Source: an uncultured Desulfobacterales bacterium (GTDB taxonomy: Bacteria; Desulfobacterota; Dissulfuribacteria; Dissulfuribacterales; JALVPX01). Taken from it: a stretch of DNA of 64,000 nt. A program made the translations under genes and the position numbers. A model generated the notes under the pieces. That model was given only the letters and a program-made list of their open reading frames with translations. It did no database searches and was not told the DNA's origin. Position 1 is the stretch's first letter. Each line of letters opens with the position of its first letter. This document shows positions 63,632 to 64,000 of this stretch, in pieces. The stretch is taken from positions 84,011-148,010 of the forward strand of contig CAYWKF010000011.1 in assembly GCA_964459155.1 (NCBI GenBank). The letters are read 5' to 3'.

Positions 63632-64000
63632 TTACTTCTTTGTTTTTTCCCATATCGGCCAATTGGGGTCAAGTTTTCGGAAGCGGTCGTCAACTTCTAT
63701 TGAGTCTGACAGTCGCCTATTTCCTATGATGATGCCCCCTGGCTTTATTGTATCTTCAATCAGCCTTTCAAACCGGCCTTGCAACTCTTTTGTGGAAAAT
63801 GGTCTGAAGTAGTAAATGACATCGAATTTATCGTAATCTTGGAATTTCCAAATGTCTTCCAGCAAAATTTTGTCTGATCCTATGAGCCTTTGGGCAATTT
63901 TGCATGGATAAGGGTCTTTCTCTATGCCATGGGCATCGAAACCAGCCATTTCTGCAACAAGTACTATTTGGCCAATGCCACATCCAACGTCGATAAAACT
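63632..64000 (-). CDS. Class I SAM-dependent methyltransferase, 5'-truncated by the window edge
   Basis: The minus frame continues past the listed ORF start: ..SFIDVGCGIGQIVLVAEMAGFDAHGIE (motif I VGCGxG). It then gives DVIYYFRPF and GGIIIGN. Confidence 0.7.
   Translation of the reverse strand, partial: SFIDVGCGIGQIVLVAEMAGFDAHGIEKDPYPCKIAQRLIGSDKILLEDIWKFQDYDKFDVIYYFRPFSTKELQGRFERLIEDTIKPGGIIIGNRRLSDSIEVDDRFRKLDPNWPIWEKTKK

Noticed and set aside
1-64000. Looked for CRISPR arrays, IS elements, integrases, phage modules, toxin-antitoxin pairs and rRNA/tRNA genes
   Set aside because: No regularly spaced direct repeats, no transposase or integrase-like ORFs and no tRNA-like cloverleaf ends apart from the tmRNA were seen. 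This was a search by eye only, so short elements could have been missed.

Overview
This 64 kb window reads as ordinary chromosome from a Desulfobacterota-type (deltaproteobacterial, sulfate-reducer-like) anaerobe. Hand counts of single 60-nt lines give about 48-50% GC. I found no integrase, transposase, CRISPR array or phage genes.

Housekeeping content:
- proC, holA, rlmE, purC
- trpF-trpB-trpA
- hemE-hemH-hemY preceded by an AhbD-like radical SAM gene
- rtcA and a tmRNA gene
- an Fe(III)-type ABC importer
- an RND efflux triad and an M16C peptidase
- two L,D-transpeptidases

Items that deserve follow-up:
1. An octaheme (Otr-type) cytochrome c is complete only if an in-frame UGA is read through. 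A strong hairpin sits 17 nt downstream of that UGA, so this is a candidate selenoprotein. Its operon partner is a cytochrome b.
2. A secreted calcineurin-fold protein has degenerate metal-binding motifs. It is likewise split by an in-frame UGA, inside a C-P-S-U (CxxU) motif.
3. A roughly 14 kb minus-strand locus encodes a histidine kinase and a sigma-54 activator. Next comes a -24/-12 promoter with repeated upstream sites. That promoter drives TauE, a TIGR02186-like protein, three paralogous PEP-synthase-like dikinases whose C-terminal domain is not the usual PEP/pyruvate TIM barrel, and a receiver plus USP-like pair. I could not assign a function to this locus. It is my best candidate for an undescribed system.

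Smaller oddities:
- a Fur-FeoA fusion
- a 1749-aa tandem-duplicated UvrA paralogue
- a 900-aa coiled-coil OmpA-domain protein
- a GlpC/HdrD-like Fe-S protein with no canonical start codon
- a SulP gene remnant next to ssrA

All calls come from reading motifs by eye. No database search was run.
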